This document shows, in pieces, positions 19,013-28,224 of a stretch of DNA of 64,000 nt. Position 1 is the first letter of the stretch, and every line of letters begins with the position of its first letter. Position numbers and translations under genes: made by a program. The notes under the pieces are model-generated. The model worked only from the letters and a program-made list of their open reading frames with translations. It was not told the origin of the DNA and ran no database searches. The DNA comes from an uncultured Candidatus Saccharibacteria bacterium (lineage in GTDB: Bacteria > Patescibacteriota > Doudnabacteria > UBA920), in the NCBI GenBank assembly GCA_964650255.1, contig CAZYQT010000001.1, positions 39,964 through 103,963 on the forward strand, given 5' to 3'.

Positions 19013-19459
19013 ATGTGGTTTTTGTATGTAGTTGGTGTTGTTATAATCATCAGTATCATTCAATGGTTAATTAACAAACGCCGAGAAAAGATTAGAGAAC
19101 AAGTTGCTCACGATCTATTCGATAAATCAGACACAGAAACAATACTAGAAAATTACAAAAATAAACTTTCTGCAATCCTAATTACAACACCAAGAGAAAT
19201 TCCTAAGAGGATATCTTCTTGGGAACTAGCTCGCCTACCTAAATATGCTGCTAAAATAGCTGGGTCTGATTGTCCAAAATGTGAAAGCGGTTATTTAAAA
19301 GTAATATATACATACAACGGTTATGGTAGATTGCCATCCGTGTTTAGTTGCAGTAGTAAAGAATGTAATTATATTATTGGTTTAAAACAAGCCAAAGTGG
19401 AATATGAAAAAAATAACATCAATTCTTTTGCAAAAGATTTCAACCAAGTTTATCCATAA
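19013..19459 (+). CDS. Membrane-anchored C4 zinc-ribbon protein
   Basis: N-terminal TM; CPKC...CSSKEC (topoisomerase-type zinc ribbon). Confidence 0.7.
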   Translation: MWFLYVVGVVIIISIIQWLINKRREKIREQVAHDLFDKSDTETILENYKNKLSAILITTPREIPKRISSWELARLPKYAAKIAGSDCPKCESGYLKVIYTYNGYGRLPSVFSCSSKECNYIIGLKQAKVEYEKNNINSFAKDFNQVYP

Positions 19460-20584
19460 ATGAGCTACTATAATAAAATTAAACTGGAGCTAACAAATCT
19501 GATAGGCTCTTTTAATTCGGCTAATAAACAGCTAGACGACAAATTGGTACTTCTCAAGCAAGAAGAAGACTCACTACAGAGAGAGAAAGATAAATATAAC
19601 CAGATAAAAAAGGAGGTGTTGCAGTTAGCTTTAGAAAGACAGAGGGGCTTTCCTACCTTAGCTAAAGCCTATGATGAATATTTTGCCTTACAAGATAAAT
19701 CTCTCATAGATTTTCTTAGATACAAGGATAGGCCAGCTCCAAGCGCTAGTGACATTGTAAAGGAGTATTCTAGAATAAAGAGAGAAGCTTTGAAAGACAA
19801 GAAAATCTTTCAATATTTGATTGAATACTACGAATCAATTTGCCCATTTCTTATTGAGTTAAAAGAAGAGGAATTATCTGATATAACTGAAGAAGATAAA
19901 CAATATCTGGTTGAGTATTCTGAAGAGGAGCTGGAAGATGAGGTTACAAAATACCTAACCAAAGAAGAATATAGGAAATTACCTACTGCCCAGAGAAACC
20001 AGCAAGCATTGGATAGATATTGGAAAAGGCCCAAATCTAAATGGCATATAGGGAAAATATACGAACGTTATGTAGGGTACTTATTTGAACAGCAAGGATA
20101 TCAAGTAGATTATTTTGGAATATTTAAAGGCTTGGAAGATTTAGGTAGAGATATCATAGCAACTAACAAGAATGAGATTGTCATTATTCAATGTAAAAAT
20201 TGGTCACAATTTAGGACAATATACGAAAAACATATTTTCCAATTTTTTGGCACTGTGTTCCAATATCGTGACGAGAATCCAAATAAAAAAGTTAGGGCTA
20301 TTTTTTATACCACTACCCAACTTTCTGATTTAGCGAGAAGATTTAGCAAAGAGCTAGGCATAGAATTACAAGAACAATTCAAATTCGATAAAAACTACCC
20401 TAGCATTAAATGTAATATCAACAAGCTAACTAAAGAAAAAATATACCACTTGCCTTTCGACCAAAAATACGACCACACTAAAATAACTCCAAAAACAGGA
20501 GAGCTATATGTTGCAACTGTAAAAGAAGCAGAGGATGCAGGTTTCAGAAGAGCTTTCCGTTGGAAAGGAGAATCGAATAAATAA
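19460..20584 (+). CDS. Mrr-like PD-(D/E)xK restriction endonuclease-domain protein
   Basis: YERYVG, DLGRDII, IIQCK (D..QxK); N-terminal coiled coil; C-terminal IKCNI..KIYHLP..EAEDAGFRRA domain. Confidence 0.8.
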   Translation: MSYYNKIKLELTNLIGSFNSANKQLDDKLVLLKQEEDSLQREKDKYNQIKKEVLQLALERQRGFPTLAKAYDEYFALQDKSLIDFLRYKDRPAPSASDIVKEYSRIKREALKDKKIFQYLIEYYESICPFLIELKEEELSDITEEDKQYLVEYSEEELEDEVTKYLTKEEYRKLPTAQRNQQALDRYWKRPKSKWHIGKIYERYVGYLFEQQGYQVDYFGIFKGLEDLGRDIIATNKNEIVIIQCKNWSQFRTIYEKHIFQFFGTVFQYRDENPNKKVRAIFYTTTQLSDLARRFSKELGIELQEQFKFDKNYPSIKCNINKLTKEKIYHLPFDQKYDHTKITPKTGELYVATVKEAEDAGFRRAFRWKGESNK

Positions 20585-20592
20585 TAATCTAT

Positions 20593-21246
20593 ATGACAAA
20601 CTTAGACGAATCCAATATTGATACTGACTACCCTGAGTCAGTTAAAAAAATAATTGAGGAAATAAACAAGCATAGGATAAAAGCTTTTGAAAAAACTCTT
20701 CCTGAAGGACTAACCTATGAAGATGTTAAGAGTGAGCTCGTAGAAACGTTGAAAGTGTATCATACCTGGCTAGACCATTGCTTCAAATACATTTTTGATA
20801 GTGAGAAGGTAATCGGACAACAGGTCAAAGAGATTAAATCAAAATTTGAGCAAAATGTACTTGAAGAGTTATTTAATAAGGAGCTTACAATTATACGGTG
20901 TGCTTTTGTCTATGCCTGGCTACAAAACTTTGAATTGACAGATTACGGAAAGAAAAATAATCAAGATACTTTTAAGTCACTATATAATCATTATAATCAT
21001 TCGTTAGAAAATATACTTAAATTAAATGGTAGACTAGAGGATAAAAATTGGATATTAGAAGGGCTTAATAAGTACACTTCCCCTACTAAATTTAGTCATG
21101 ACGATTTTATTGAAAAGGCTGCGGAAGGAGTAGCTAGAATCCCTTTTGAAAGCACAGAAGGCCGGCTCGGAGGTGGGCTTTATGATGGACTAACGCTCCT
21201 GATACAAAATACAATACAAAATGATAAGACCACCTTACTTGAATAA
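20593..21246 (+). CDS. Hypothetical protein
   Basis: 217-aa ORF, last in the AT-rich run. Confidence 0.7.
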   Translation: MTNLDESNIDTDYPESVKKIIEEINKHRIKAFEKTLPEGLTYEDVKSELVETLKVYHTWLDHCFKYIFDSEKVIGQQVKEIKSKFEQNVLEELFNKELTIIRCAFVYAWLQNFELTDYGKKNNQDTFKSLYNHYNHSLENILKLNGRLEDKNWILEGLNKYTSPTKFSHDDFIEKAAEGVARIPFESTEGRLGGGLYDGLTLLIQNTIQNDKTTLLE

Positions 21247-21435
21247 AAAAAGAGCTAAGCTGCCCTATTTGCATTGTATTTAAGTTGATTTCTCCCACTT
21301 TCTTTGGACTTTTGGTCTTGGTTTTGGTATTTAGTTTTGGGGTATTTAAGTCAGTAGTTTAGTCTTGGTTTTAGGGTTTAGTTGGTTTTAAAGATATTTT
21401 TGGTTTTTAGTTAGATATTGTGTACCTTGTAGTAC

Positions 21436-21582
21436 GGTGTCGTTCAGTGGATTCTCTGGTGAGAGTAATAGTCAACGGTTTGGCTATTAACATTGAGTAG
21501 TAAAAACAGTAGTTTTAGCTTCTCAACTGGTTGAACCCTAGTTCAACTAGTTCTTCCACCAGTTCCTCATACACTGAACACC
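21436..21582. ncRNA. Candidate structured ncRNA (6S-like closing stem)
   Basis: Terminal arms pair (GGTGTCGTTCAGTG / CACTGAACACC), inner CTGGTG/CACCAG stem, three internal hairpins; TTGACA-16-TATGAT on - at 21613-21586. Confidence 0.5.
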
Positions 21583-21820
21583 TCCATCATATCTGAAAAA
21601 TATCCTTTGTCAAGCGGAATTTTTGCACTAGCTAAAACTAAGAGCTTTTGTTAAAATAGGTTTTAGCTGCGTCGTAGAGATGCACCACCTTGAAAAAGGA
21701 TCATGTGCATGGTATGATGTGCGTGACAACCGAGCTCAAAAGCCACATTGGCTCGAAATAAAGCCGCCCGAATGGGCGGCTTTATCATTTAAAAATTTCC
21801 ATGCTAAAGAAGGTGCGCAC

Positions 21821-22195
21821 TTACATCTTCGCATTTCCCCTGCGCACTTCAACGTGCAAGGCTTTGTGGAAAAGGATTACTGACAAAACAACAGCCAAAT
21901 AACTTAACCAAAAATAAACATGATGGTACATTTCGCGGCCGATCAACACTGAAGTAACGGCCATGTCAACCAAAATCATGATGATCAGCCATACTATGGC
22001 CGTGAAAAAGCATTCCAAATAATTGATTACCCCCATGCGACGAATCACTGCTGTGGTAATCATTATCAATACAACAAAAAATAAAATCTTGACTACCAAG
22101 TTATCGATATCAAGATAATTTATAAAAATGACTTTGGTTAAAACAAAAAGCACCTCGCTAACAATTGTTCCAATGACTAGCGAAGCGATATTCAT
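21821..22195 (-). CDS. Membrane protein, hypothetical
   Basis: Four TM segments. Confidence 0.75.
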   Translation of the reverse strand: MNIASLVIGTIVSEVLFVLTKVIFINYLDIDNLVVKILFFVVLIMITTAVIRRMGVINYLECFFTAIVWLIIMILVDMAVTSVLIGREMYHHVYFWLSYLAVVLSVILFHKALHVEVRRGNAKM

Positions 22196-22737
22196 TAGAC
22201 TGAAGTTGCTTTAGCGCGCTTAGTAGTTTTACGAGCAGTTGTTTTTCTAGCAGTATTCTTGCGCGTGGTTTTTTTCTTGGCTGCTGGAGTAATAAAATCA
22301 TCAAAACTCCAAGCTTGGCTTTCGGCTACCGGGACTTTTACTGTTGATACAGAAGCTGCTGGCGCTGGAGCCATAAAAGAATTCAAACTTTCCATGCGAG
22401 AGCTGGCTTTAGCCTTTTTGCGACCACGCCAATTATGTGGCACAAAGCCATGGAACAATCCAGCTGGAGCTTGGGCATTCGGGCCATAAACCAAAGCGTA
22501 CCATTCAAGACCCAACACAACTCCATACCAACCGCCCAAGAAAAGCATCAACAACATTGTCGTAAAGTCTAAAGCTGGGATTGCGCCTTGCGGCATGCCA
22601 AAAGAGTAAGTATCGTAGTCAACAGTTAAAAGTAGGTCATACAAAACAAATACAGAGCGGTGCAACATACCAAAAAGGACCATGCCGAGAATTGAACAAA
22701 GGAATAAATAAAGCGCTTTAATTGTGGTTTTTTTCAT
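22195..22737 (-). CDS. Membrane protein with basic K/R/T-rich tail
   Basis: Two TMs; KKKTTRKNTARKTTARKTTKRAK C-terminus. Confidence 0.75.
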   Translation of the reverse strand: MKKTTIKALYLFLCSILGMVLFGMLHRSVFVLYDLLLTVDYDTYSFGMPQGAIPALDFTTMLLMLFLGGWYGVVLGLEWYALVYGPNAQAPAGLFHGFVPHNWRGRKKAKASSRMESLNSFMAPAPAASVSTVKVPVAESQAWSFDDFITPAAKKKTTRKNTARKTTARKTTKRAKATSV

Positions 22738-23049
22738 TTTTTGTTTCTAATTTGCTGGGAAGTGAGCTTTTATTTATTATAGCACAATTTAGACAAAACC
22801 TCAACTTGAACAGTGGATAAATAATTAAGAAGTGCGCTAACAGCGCGGTAACACATGATTGGCGGGGTTTAGAGCTGACATCAAAAGCAACTTGAGTAGT
22901 TTGAAGTAAAGGAGTATAATAGGATAAACGCATATCTAAGGAGGATTTTACCATCGCAAACCGAGTACTCTTGTTAATGAAGTAGCTTGAGAAGATTAAA
23001 ATGACAAAAAATCCAGATAGCTCCGAGGCGACTTCTGGTAAGGAGAACG

Positions 23050-23526
23050 ATGTCAGTAGCAACAATAATGTACACCAGCCCAGCATACTGGTATGATTTC
23101 AAGTATTTGGCTGAAAGGATGAAAGCGAAAATTTGGGAAACTCCTGAAGCCAAATCCAGACTAACTATGAGGACTATTAAGATAGCTCTTCGATTTCTAA
23201 GAGAAGTTCAAAAGGATGAATATCAACGTTATTTTCCAATCGTGGAGAGGCCTCAACCCTATGAACTTGCCTTGAAAGCCTTTAAATGTCTGGGGAAACC
23301 GCCATTTCAGGAATTTTCAGATATAGCTGTTCACAAAGAAACATTAGACAAATATCTTAAGGACATTCAAAGCATTGAAAAACATATTACCGAAGGAATT
23401 GAACACAACGTACCTGACGAAGCTTTGATGGAAATGGCAAAGTTTTTTGAAACAGTTAGCCAGCTCGATAGAGAAATCGCTAATAGTAATCGAAGCCGCC
23501 AACGACATCAACACGGCTGTTTCTAA
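23050..23526 (+). CDS. Hypothetical protein
   Basis: 158-aa ORF with AAGGAG RBS. Confidence 0.65.
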   Translation: MSVATIMYTSPAYWYDFKYLAERMKAKIWETPEAKSRLTMRTIKIALRFLREVQKDEYQRYFPIVERPQPYELALKAFKCLGKPPFQEFSDIAVHKETLDKYLKDIQSIEKHITEGIEHNVPDEALMEMAKFFETVSQLDREIANSNRSRQRHQHGCF

Positions 23527-23570
23527 AAGCAGCACGGAATCCAAAGACGATCCCCTACAGATCGTCTCTT

Positions 23571-24578
23571 TTATTTTATCGACAAAATACTCTTTTTGTA
23601 TGAATCCAGGTGATCCAAAGCCACCCCAGTCCCCTTGGCCACACAAAGCAATGGTTCTTCAGCCACATAACACGGCACACCAACTGCCTGCGAAATGTAA
23701 TGGTCTAAGTTACGAAGCTGCGCTGTTCCACCAGTCATAATCATCCCCTTGTCAATAATATCACTCGCAAGTTCCGGCGGGGTATCTTGCAAAACTGTTT
23801 TAATGGCACGTACCATTTCTTTTAACTCTTCTTGGATTGCTTCCACCACTTCGTTAGTGGACATGGTTACAGTTTTTGGAAGTCCTGAAATATTATCACG
23901 ACCCTTAATTTCCATAACTTCTTCTTCGGGAAGAGCCATAGCAGAACCAATGGTAATTTTAATTTCTTCGGCAGTGCGATCACCAATGGCCAGACCGTGT
24001 TTCTTGCGCACGTATTCAATAATGGCAGCATCAAGTTTGTTGCCCGCAGTGCGCACTGAAGTTGAATTCACAATTCCGCCCAAGCTTAATACTGCGACAT
24101 CTGTTGTGCCGCCGCCCATATCAATAATTAAATTTCCTGATGCAGATGAAATTGGAATTCCCGCCCCAATCGCAGCCGCCACAGTTTCTTTAATTACAAA
24201 AGCTGATTTTGCGCCAGCTGCAACTGCGGCATCAATTACTGCCCGGCGCTCAGTAGAAGTAATACCACCTGGAACAGAAATCATTACTTCGGGACGGAAG
24301 AAACGCACCTTACCCAGAGATTTATTAATAAAATATCGCAACATAGCTTCGGTCACACGGTAATCAGCGATCACACCATCTTTCATCGGTCGGCTAGCAA
24401 CAATAGTTTCCGGTGTACGGCCAAGCATTTCTTTGGCTTCCTGGCCAACAGCTAAAACGCGGTTATCCTCAATGGAAATCGCTACTACTGTTGGCTCATT
24501 TATAACAATGCCTTTTTTGGGAAAAAACACCAAGGTGTTGGCAGTTCCCAAATCTATTCCGATCTTACTTTGAAACAT
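23571..24578 (-). CDS. mreB: Rod shape-determining protein MreB
   Basis: IGIDLGTANT, DMGGGTTD, TGGTAQL. Confidence 0.96.
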   Translation of the reverse strand: MFQSKIGIDLGTANTLVFFPKKGIVINEPTVVAISIEDNRVLAVGQEAKEMLGRTPETIVASRPMKDGVIADYRVTEAMLRYFINKSLGKVRFFRPEVMISVPGGITSTERRAVIDAAVAAGAKSAFVIKETVAAAIGAGIPISSASGNLIIDMGGGTTDVAVLSLGGIVNSTSVRTAGNKLDAAIIEYVRKKHGLAIGDRTAEEIKITIGSAMALPEEEVMEIKGRDNISGLPKTVTMSTNEVVEAIQEELKEMVRAIKTVLQDTPPELASDIIDKGMIMTGGTAQLRNLDHYISQAVGVPCYVAEEPLLCVAKGTGVALDHLDSYKKSILSIK

Positions 24579-24668
24579 ATACCATTCATTATACAGGGCC
24601 GGACCAGCTTGGGCAATGCTGCTAAAACTCCCACAAACGCCATAAAACTGCTATAATTAGAGCACTTT

Positions 24669-25991
24669 ATGAAACCATCTACTCGCTACACTCTTATTGC
24701 TGTTGGCTTTGTTGTATTTTTGATTTTGGCCCCTCTTTTAGTCTTGTACGTTAGTGGCCGAACTATTAACCTTGATGGTAAAGAAAGCAGTGCTACAGGA
24801 ATTTTAGACGCCAAAAGCAATCCGACAGGAGCAAAACTTTTTATCGATGGCAAAGAGCACAGTTCCACCCCTGCGATCGCGCGATTTTTGAAACAAGGAG
24901 AATATCAATTTACCTTAAGCAAAGAGGGTTATTTTGATTGGACCAAGCGGTTACCGATTGAGGCGGGTAAAGTTACTTATGCGCAAGAAGGTGTAACTGA
25001 AGTACAACTTTTGAAGAAGAGCGAACCAAAAGTATTGGTGCCACAAGGAGTATCAAGTTTTGTCATAATGAACGATGTCTTGTGGTTTGTTAATGGCAAC
25101 AGAGTTGTAAGAGCGCCGTTTAATAATCCTGCTGATCAAACAGTTATTCAACTTAATTTTCATCCTACTATCCTTACAGAGCTGCGAAACAGGCGACATA
25201 TTTACTTAGGCAACAACTCCATACTAGATACTCAAACTCAAGCTTTAGTTAAGCTGACCTTACCTAACACGGAATACATTGCTCACCCATGGGACATTGC
25301 TGTCTCCCCTAACAATGTAATTTTGTTTTTGGGCGGCGATGGCAATCTATACGCCCACGACCCAGGTGCTCAAAAAAATCGGCTGATCAAAGAAAAGGTA
25401 TTCGCATTCACTATGGAAGATAATACGGGCTACATTATAGATGACCAAGCTCGTAACCATTACGAAGATAGCAAATCAAATATCTCTAGCGCGTTCTGGG
25501 ATGGTAGTAATTTTCAAGACTATCAGATTATTTTAAGCGGGGCCTATGGCACACAACTGTATATTACTGACAACAAAGAGTTGTTCTGCAATTGCGCTGG
25601 CAAGTTAAGTCGAGTAGGCCAAAGTTTAGAACCGCTGGCGCAAAACGCTGATGCCTTAAACGTATTATTGGATTTAAAAACTAATGAGCTATCATTCATA
25701 ACCTCTGGCAACGAACTGATGTTTTACAACTTCCTCAGAGCCAAACCACAATTGCTCACTCGCGGCGGCTTAACCCCGCAAACAGCTTTCTTAGTTCGGT
25801 CCAGCATTGGTTACGGATTCATAGGAACTCAATCCGGCCTTGAGGCAATTGAAATTGATGCACGCGATAAACCAAATCGGTATCAACTATTAAACGGCAA
25901 ACAGGTGTGGCAGATCGCTATTACAGATAATCAAAAAACCATCATTGCTCTGCAAGATGGCGCTTTGGTCAGCGTTGATATTAGGAACTAG
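24669..25991 (+). CDS. PEGA-domain membrane-anchored protein
   Basis: N-terminal TM; SNPTGAKLFIDGK..TP..LSKEGYFDW. Confidence 0.8.
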   Translation: MKPSTRYTLIAVGFVVFLILAPLLVLYVSGRTINLDGKESSATGILDAKSNPTGAKLFIDGKEHSSTPAIARFLKQGEYQFTLSKEGYFDWTKRLPIEAGKVTYAQEGVTEVQLLKKSEPKVLVPQGVSSFVIMNDVLWFVNGNRVVRAPFNNPADQTVIQLNFHPTILTELRNRRHIYLGNNSILDTQTQALVKLTLPNTEYIAHPWDIAVSPNNVILFLGGDGNLYAHDPGAQKNRLIKEKVFAFTMEDNTGYIIDDQARNHYEDSKSNISSAFWDGSNFQDYQIILSGAYGTQLYITDNKELFCNCAGKLSRVGQSLEPLAQNADALNVLLDLKTNELSFITSGNELMFYNFLRAKPQLLTRGGLTPQTAFLVRSSIGYGFIGTQSGLEAIEIDARDKPNRYQLLNGKQVWQIAITDNQKTIIALQDGALVSVDIRN

Positions 25992-25994
25992 GCC

Positions 25995-26402
25995 CTAGAG
26001 AGCGTCTAAGGCTTGATTAACCAGCGCATCAGCTTCTTTGTTGTACTCACGACGCACGTGCACAAATGAATAGGAATTAAACTTTTTTAACAAAGCTAAA
26101 ACCTTCGCAGCCAACTCTTGCAGAGCTGGTTGTTTTATTTTGTACACACCTTGCATTTGTTTCACTATCAATTCCGAATCCATTTGGATTTTTAAATCTG
26201 TAGCGCCAAGGTTAACTGATTCTTCCAGTGCCTTAATAAGCGCACTGTATTCAGCCACATTGTTGGTAGTGTCGCCAATGTATCCGCCGTAAGAATACAA
26301 CAACTCCCCTGCCTCACTTTTAATTACTAATCCAATCCCTGCTGGCCCAGGATTACCGCGCGCACCGCCATCAGTATTAATAACAACTAATTTTTTATTC
26401 AT
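25995..26402 (-). CDS. rnhA: Ribonuclease HI
   Basis: TDGGARGNPGPAG, TNNVAEY, DSEL, NKEADAL. Confidence 0.93.
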   Translation of the reverse strand: MNKKLVVINTDGGARGNPGPAGIGLVIKSEAGELLYSYGGYIGDTTNNVAEYSALIKALEESVNLGATDLKIQMDSELIVKQMQGVYKIKQPALQELAAKVLALLKKFNSYSFVHVRREYNKEADALVNQALDAL

Positions 26403-28203
26403 TTATGATTTTTTGTTCTACTGTGATTGTTTCTATTACTTCGACTGTTTGAATTATAGCAGGGCTTGGCTCAATTTCCGAAAAATGAATATCAAGCAAA
26501 CGCATCTTTAACTTCTTTAAGCCTTGCCAGGTATCAGCCATAAGTTCGCCGGCAATGGACAGCTTGTTGCCAACATCGAGGCGCGGTGCCAAATACCCCA
26601 TGCTAAAACCAATGCAATCAAGCATAGCTTCACCCAACATTACCTTCATTTGCAAATGTTGCTGCTCAGATCCCACTGTCTTGTAACTGATGATGCGGCA
26701 ATCTTCCAACGAAAAAATTGGTCTCGTATTCCCTGCCCCATATGGTTCGAGCTGGCAGATATCATCAAACACAGTTAAGGTTAAATCTTCTTCGGCCAAT
26801 GAAGCGTCGATCTCTAATGTCGGCGGTCCATCTGGAGTTGGATGTTCATCCGCATATTTAAGAATTTCTGTATAAAGTTCGCTTAACTCAGCGGTTTTTG
26901 CGGTCAGACCAGCGGCCTGTTTATGACCACCAAATTTTACCAATCGGTGCTGGACAGCTTTTAAACATTCGACAATATTAAAACTACTATTCCCTACACG
27001 GGCTGAACCTGTGGACTCTAACTCTCCGCGCTCCAAAATAATTGCTGGTCGATGATACAAATCAGCAATTCGGCCAGCTACGATCCCTACCAAACCTTTT
27101 GGCCAACCATCGCTATGGAGCAACAAAACTTTTTTGTCACTTAACAGTTCGGCTTGTTCTTTGGCCTCGGAAACCAGACGGTTCGTTAAGTCTCGACGAC
27201 GACGATTAATATCTTCCAATCGATTCGCCAAAGTAATCGCTTCAGCGAAATCTGTGGCAGTCAAAAGAGCCAAGGCAACATCGGCGTGCTCCAAGCGACC
27301 AGCTGCATTAATGCGCGGAGCAATTGTGAACCCAATAGTCTGGCTATCGATTGCATCTTTTAAAATATCAATCCCAGCGTTCTCAATTAATTGCCGCAAA
27401 CCCAACCACTTGGTTTTTGGTAAAACTTTTAACCCAAATTTTACTAAGATCCGATTCTCTCCCATCAATGAATGGCAATCCGCAACTGTACCAATCGCCA
27501 CTAAATCCAGTAGCCATTTATCCCACTCTGGCTGATAATCTTCAGCTGATATTTGTTTTTGCTCAATTACATTTTCTGCTTGCATCAACAAAGCCTTAGC
27601 TAACTTGTATGCTACCCCTACTCCAGTAATTTGATCATCAGGATACTGCTCGTCAGGGTTTTTTGGATTGATAAGAGCCAGTGGCTTAGGTTTTTCGCCA
27701 GTAATCTCGTGGTGATCAGTAATAATTAAATCAATGCCATTGTCACGACAAAAATCCGCAACATCAGCAGAGTTGGTTCCGCAGTCCACAGTAATAACCA
27801 GCTGCACACCTTGATCTTTAATTTTCTGAAAAGCTTCAAGGTTTAAACCATACCCTTCTGTAAAACGATCCGGAATGTAACTGGCTACCTCAACATCTAG
27901 ATAACGAAAGGTTTGCTGTAAAACTGCATTGGCTGTTACCGCATCGGCGTCGTAGTCTGCATATACCAGAATTTTTTCCTTGTTTTTTATAGCTTCCCAC
28001 ACCCGGTCAACAGCAACCTGCATTTCAGAGAATAAAAACGGGTTATAAAGATTGTGGTAATCTGGGTTTAAAAAAGTTTCCGCTCGACTAGCATTGTCCA
28101 CCCCCCGATTATGCAGCAATTGCACCACCAAAGAGCGCAATTCTGGAAATTGCTCTAAAACTTCCTTTGAAACAGCGGGTTTATGTCGCCACTCTTTAGC
28201 CAT
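26395..28203 (-). CDS. recJ: ssDNA exonuclease RecJ
   Basis: DYDAD, TVDCG, TDHH, GGHKQAAG. Confidence 0.96.
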   Translation of the reverse strand: MAKEWRHKPAVSKEVLEQFPELRSLVVQLLHNRGVDNASRAETFLNPDYHNLYNPFLFSEMQVAVDRVWEAIKNKEKILVYADYDADAVTANAVLQQTFRYLDVEVASYIPDRFTEGYGLNLEAFQKIKDQGVQLVITVDCGTNSADVADFCRDNGIDLIITDHHEITGEKPKPLALINPKNPDEQYPDDQITGVGVAYKLAKALLMQAENVIEQKQISAEDYQPEWDKWLLDLVAIGTVADCHSLMGENRILVKFGLKVLPKTKWLGLRQLIENAGIDILKDAIDSQTIGFTIAPRINAAGRLEHADVALALLTATDFAEAITLANRLEDINRRRRDLTNRLVSEAKEQAELLSDKKVLLLHSDGWPKGLVGIVAGRIADLYHRPAIILERGELESTGSARVGNSSFNIVECLKAVQHRLVKFGGHKQAAGLTAKTAELSELYTEILKYADEHPTPDGPPTLEIDASLAEEDLTLTVFDDICQLEPYGAGNTRPIFSLEDCRIISYKTVGSEQQHLQMKVMLGEAMLDCIGFSMGYLAPRLDVGNKLSIAGELMADTWQGLKKLKMRLLDIHFSEIEPSPAIIQTVEVIETITVEQKIINE

Positions 28204-28224
28204 GTGGTCATAATACCACAGACC

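Noticed and set aside
21300-21600. Possible CRISPR array, tRNA, tmRNA or RNase P RNA
   Set aside because: No regular repeat-spacer pattern, no cas genes, and no tRNA, tmRNA or RNase P signature motifs recognised
23749-24363. Long antisense ORFs (also 55326-56087, 8638-9024 and others)
   Set aside because: Shadow ORFs opposite well-supported genes
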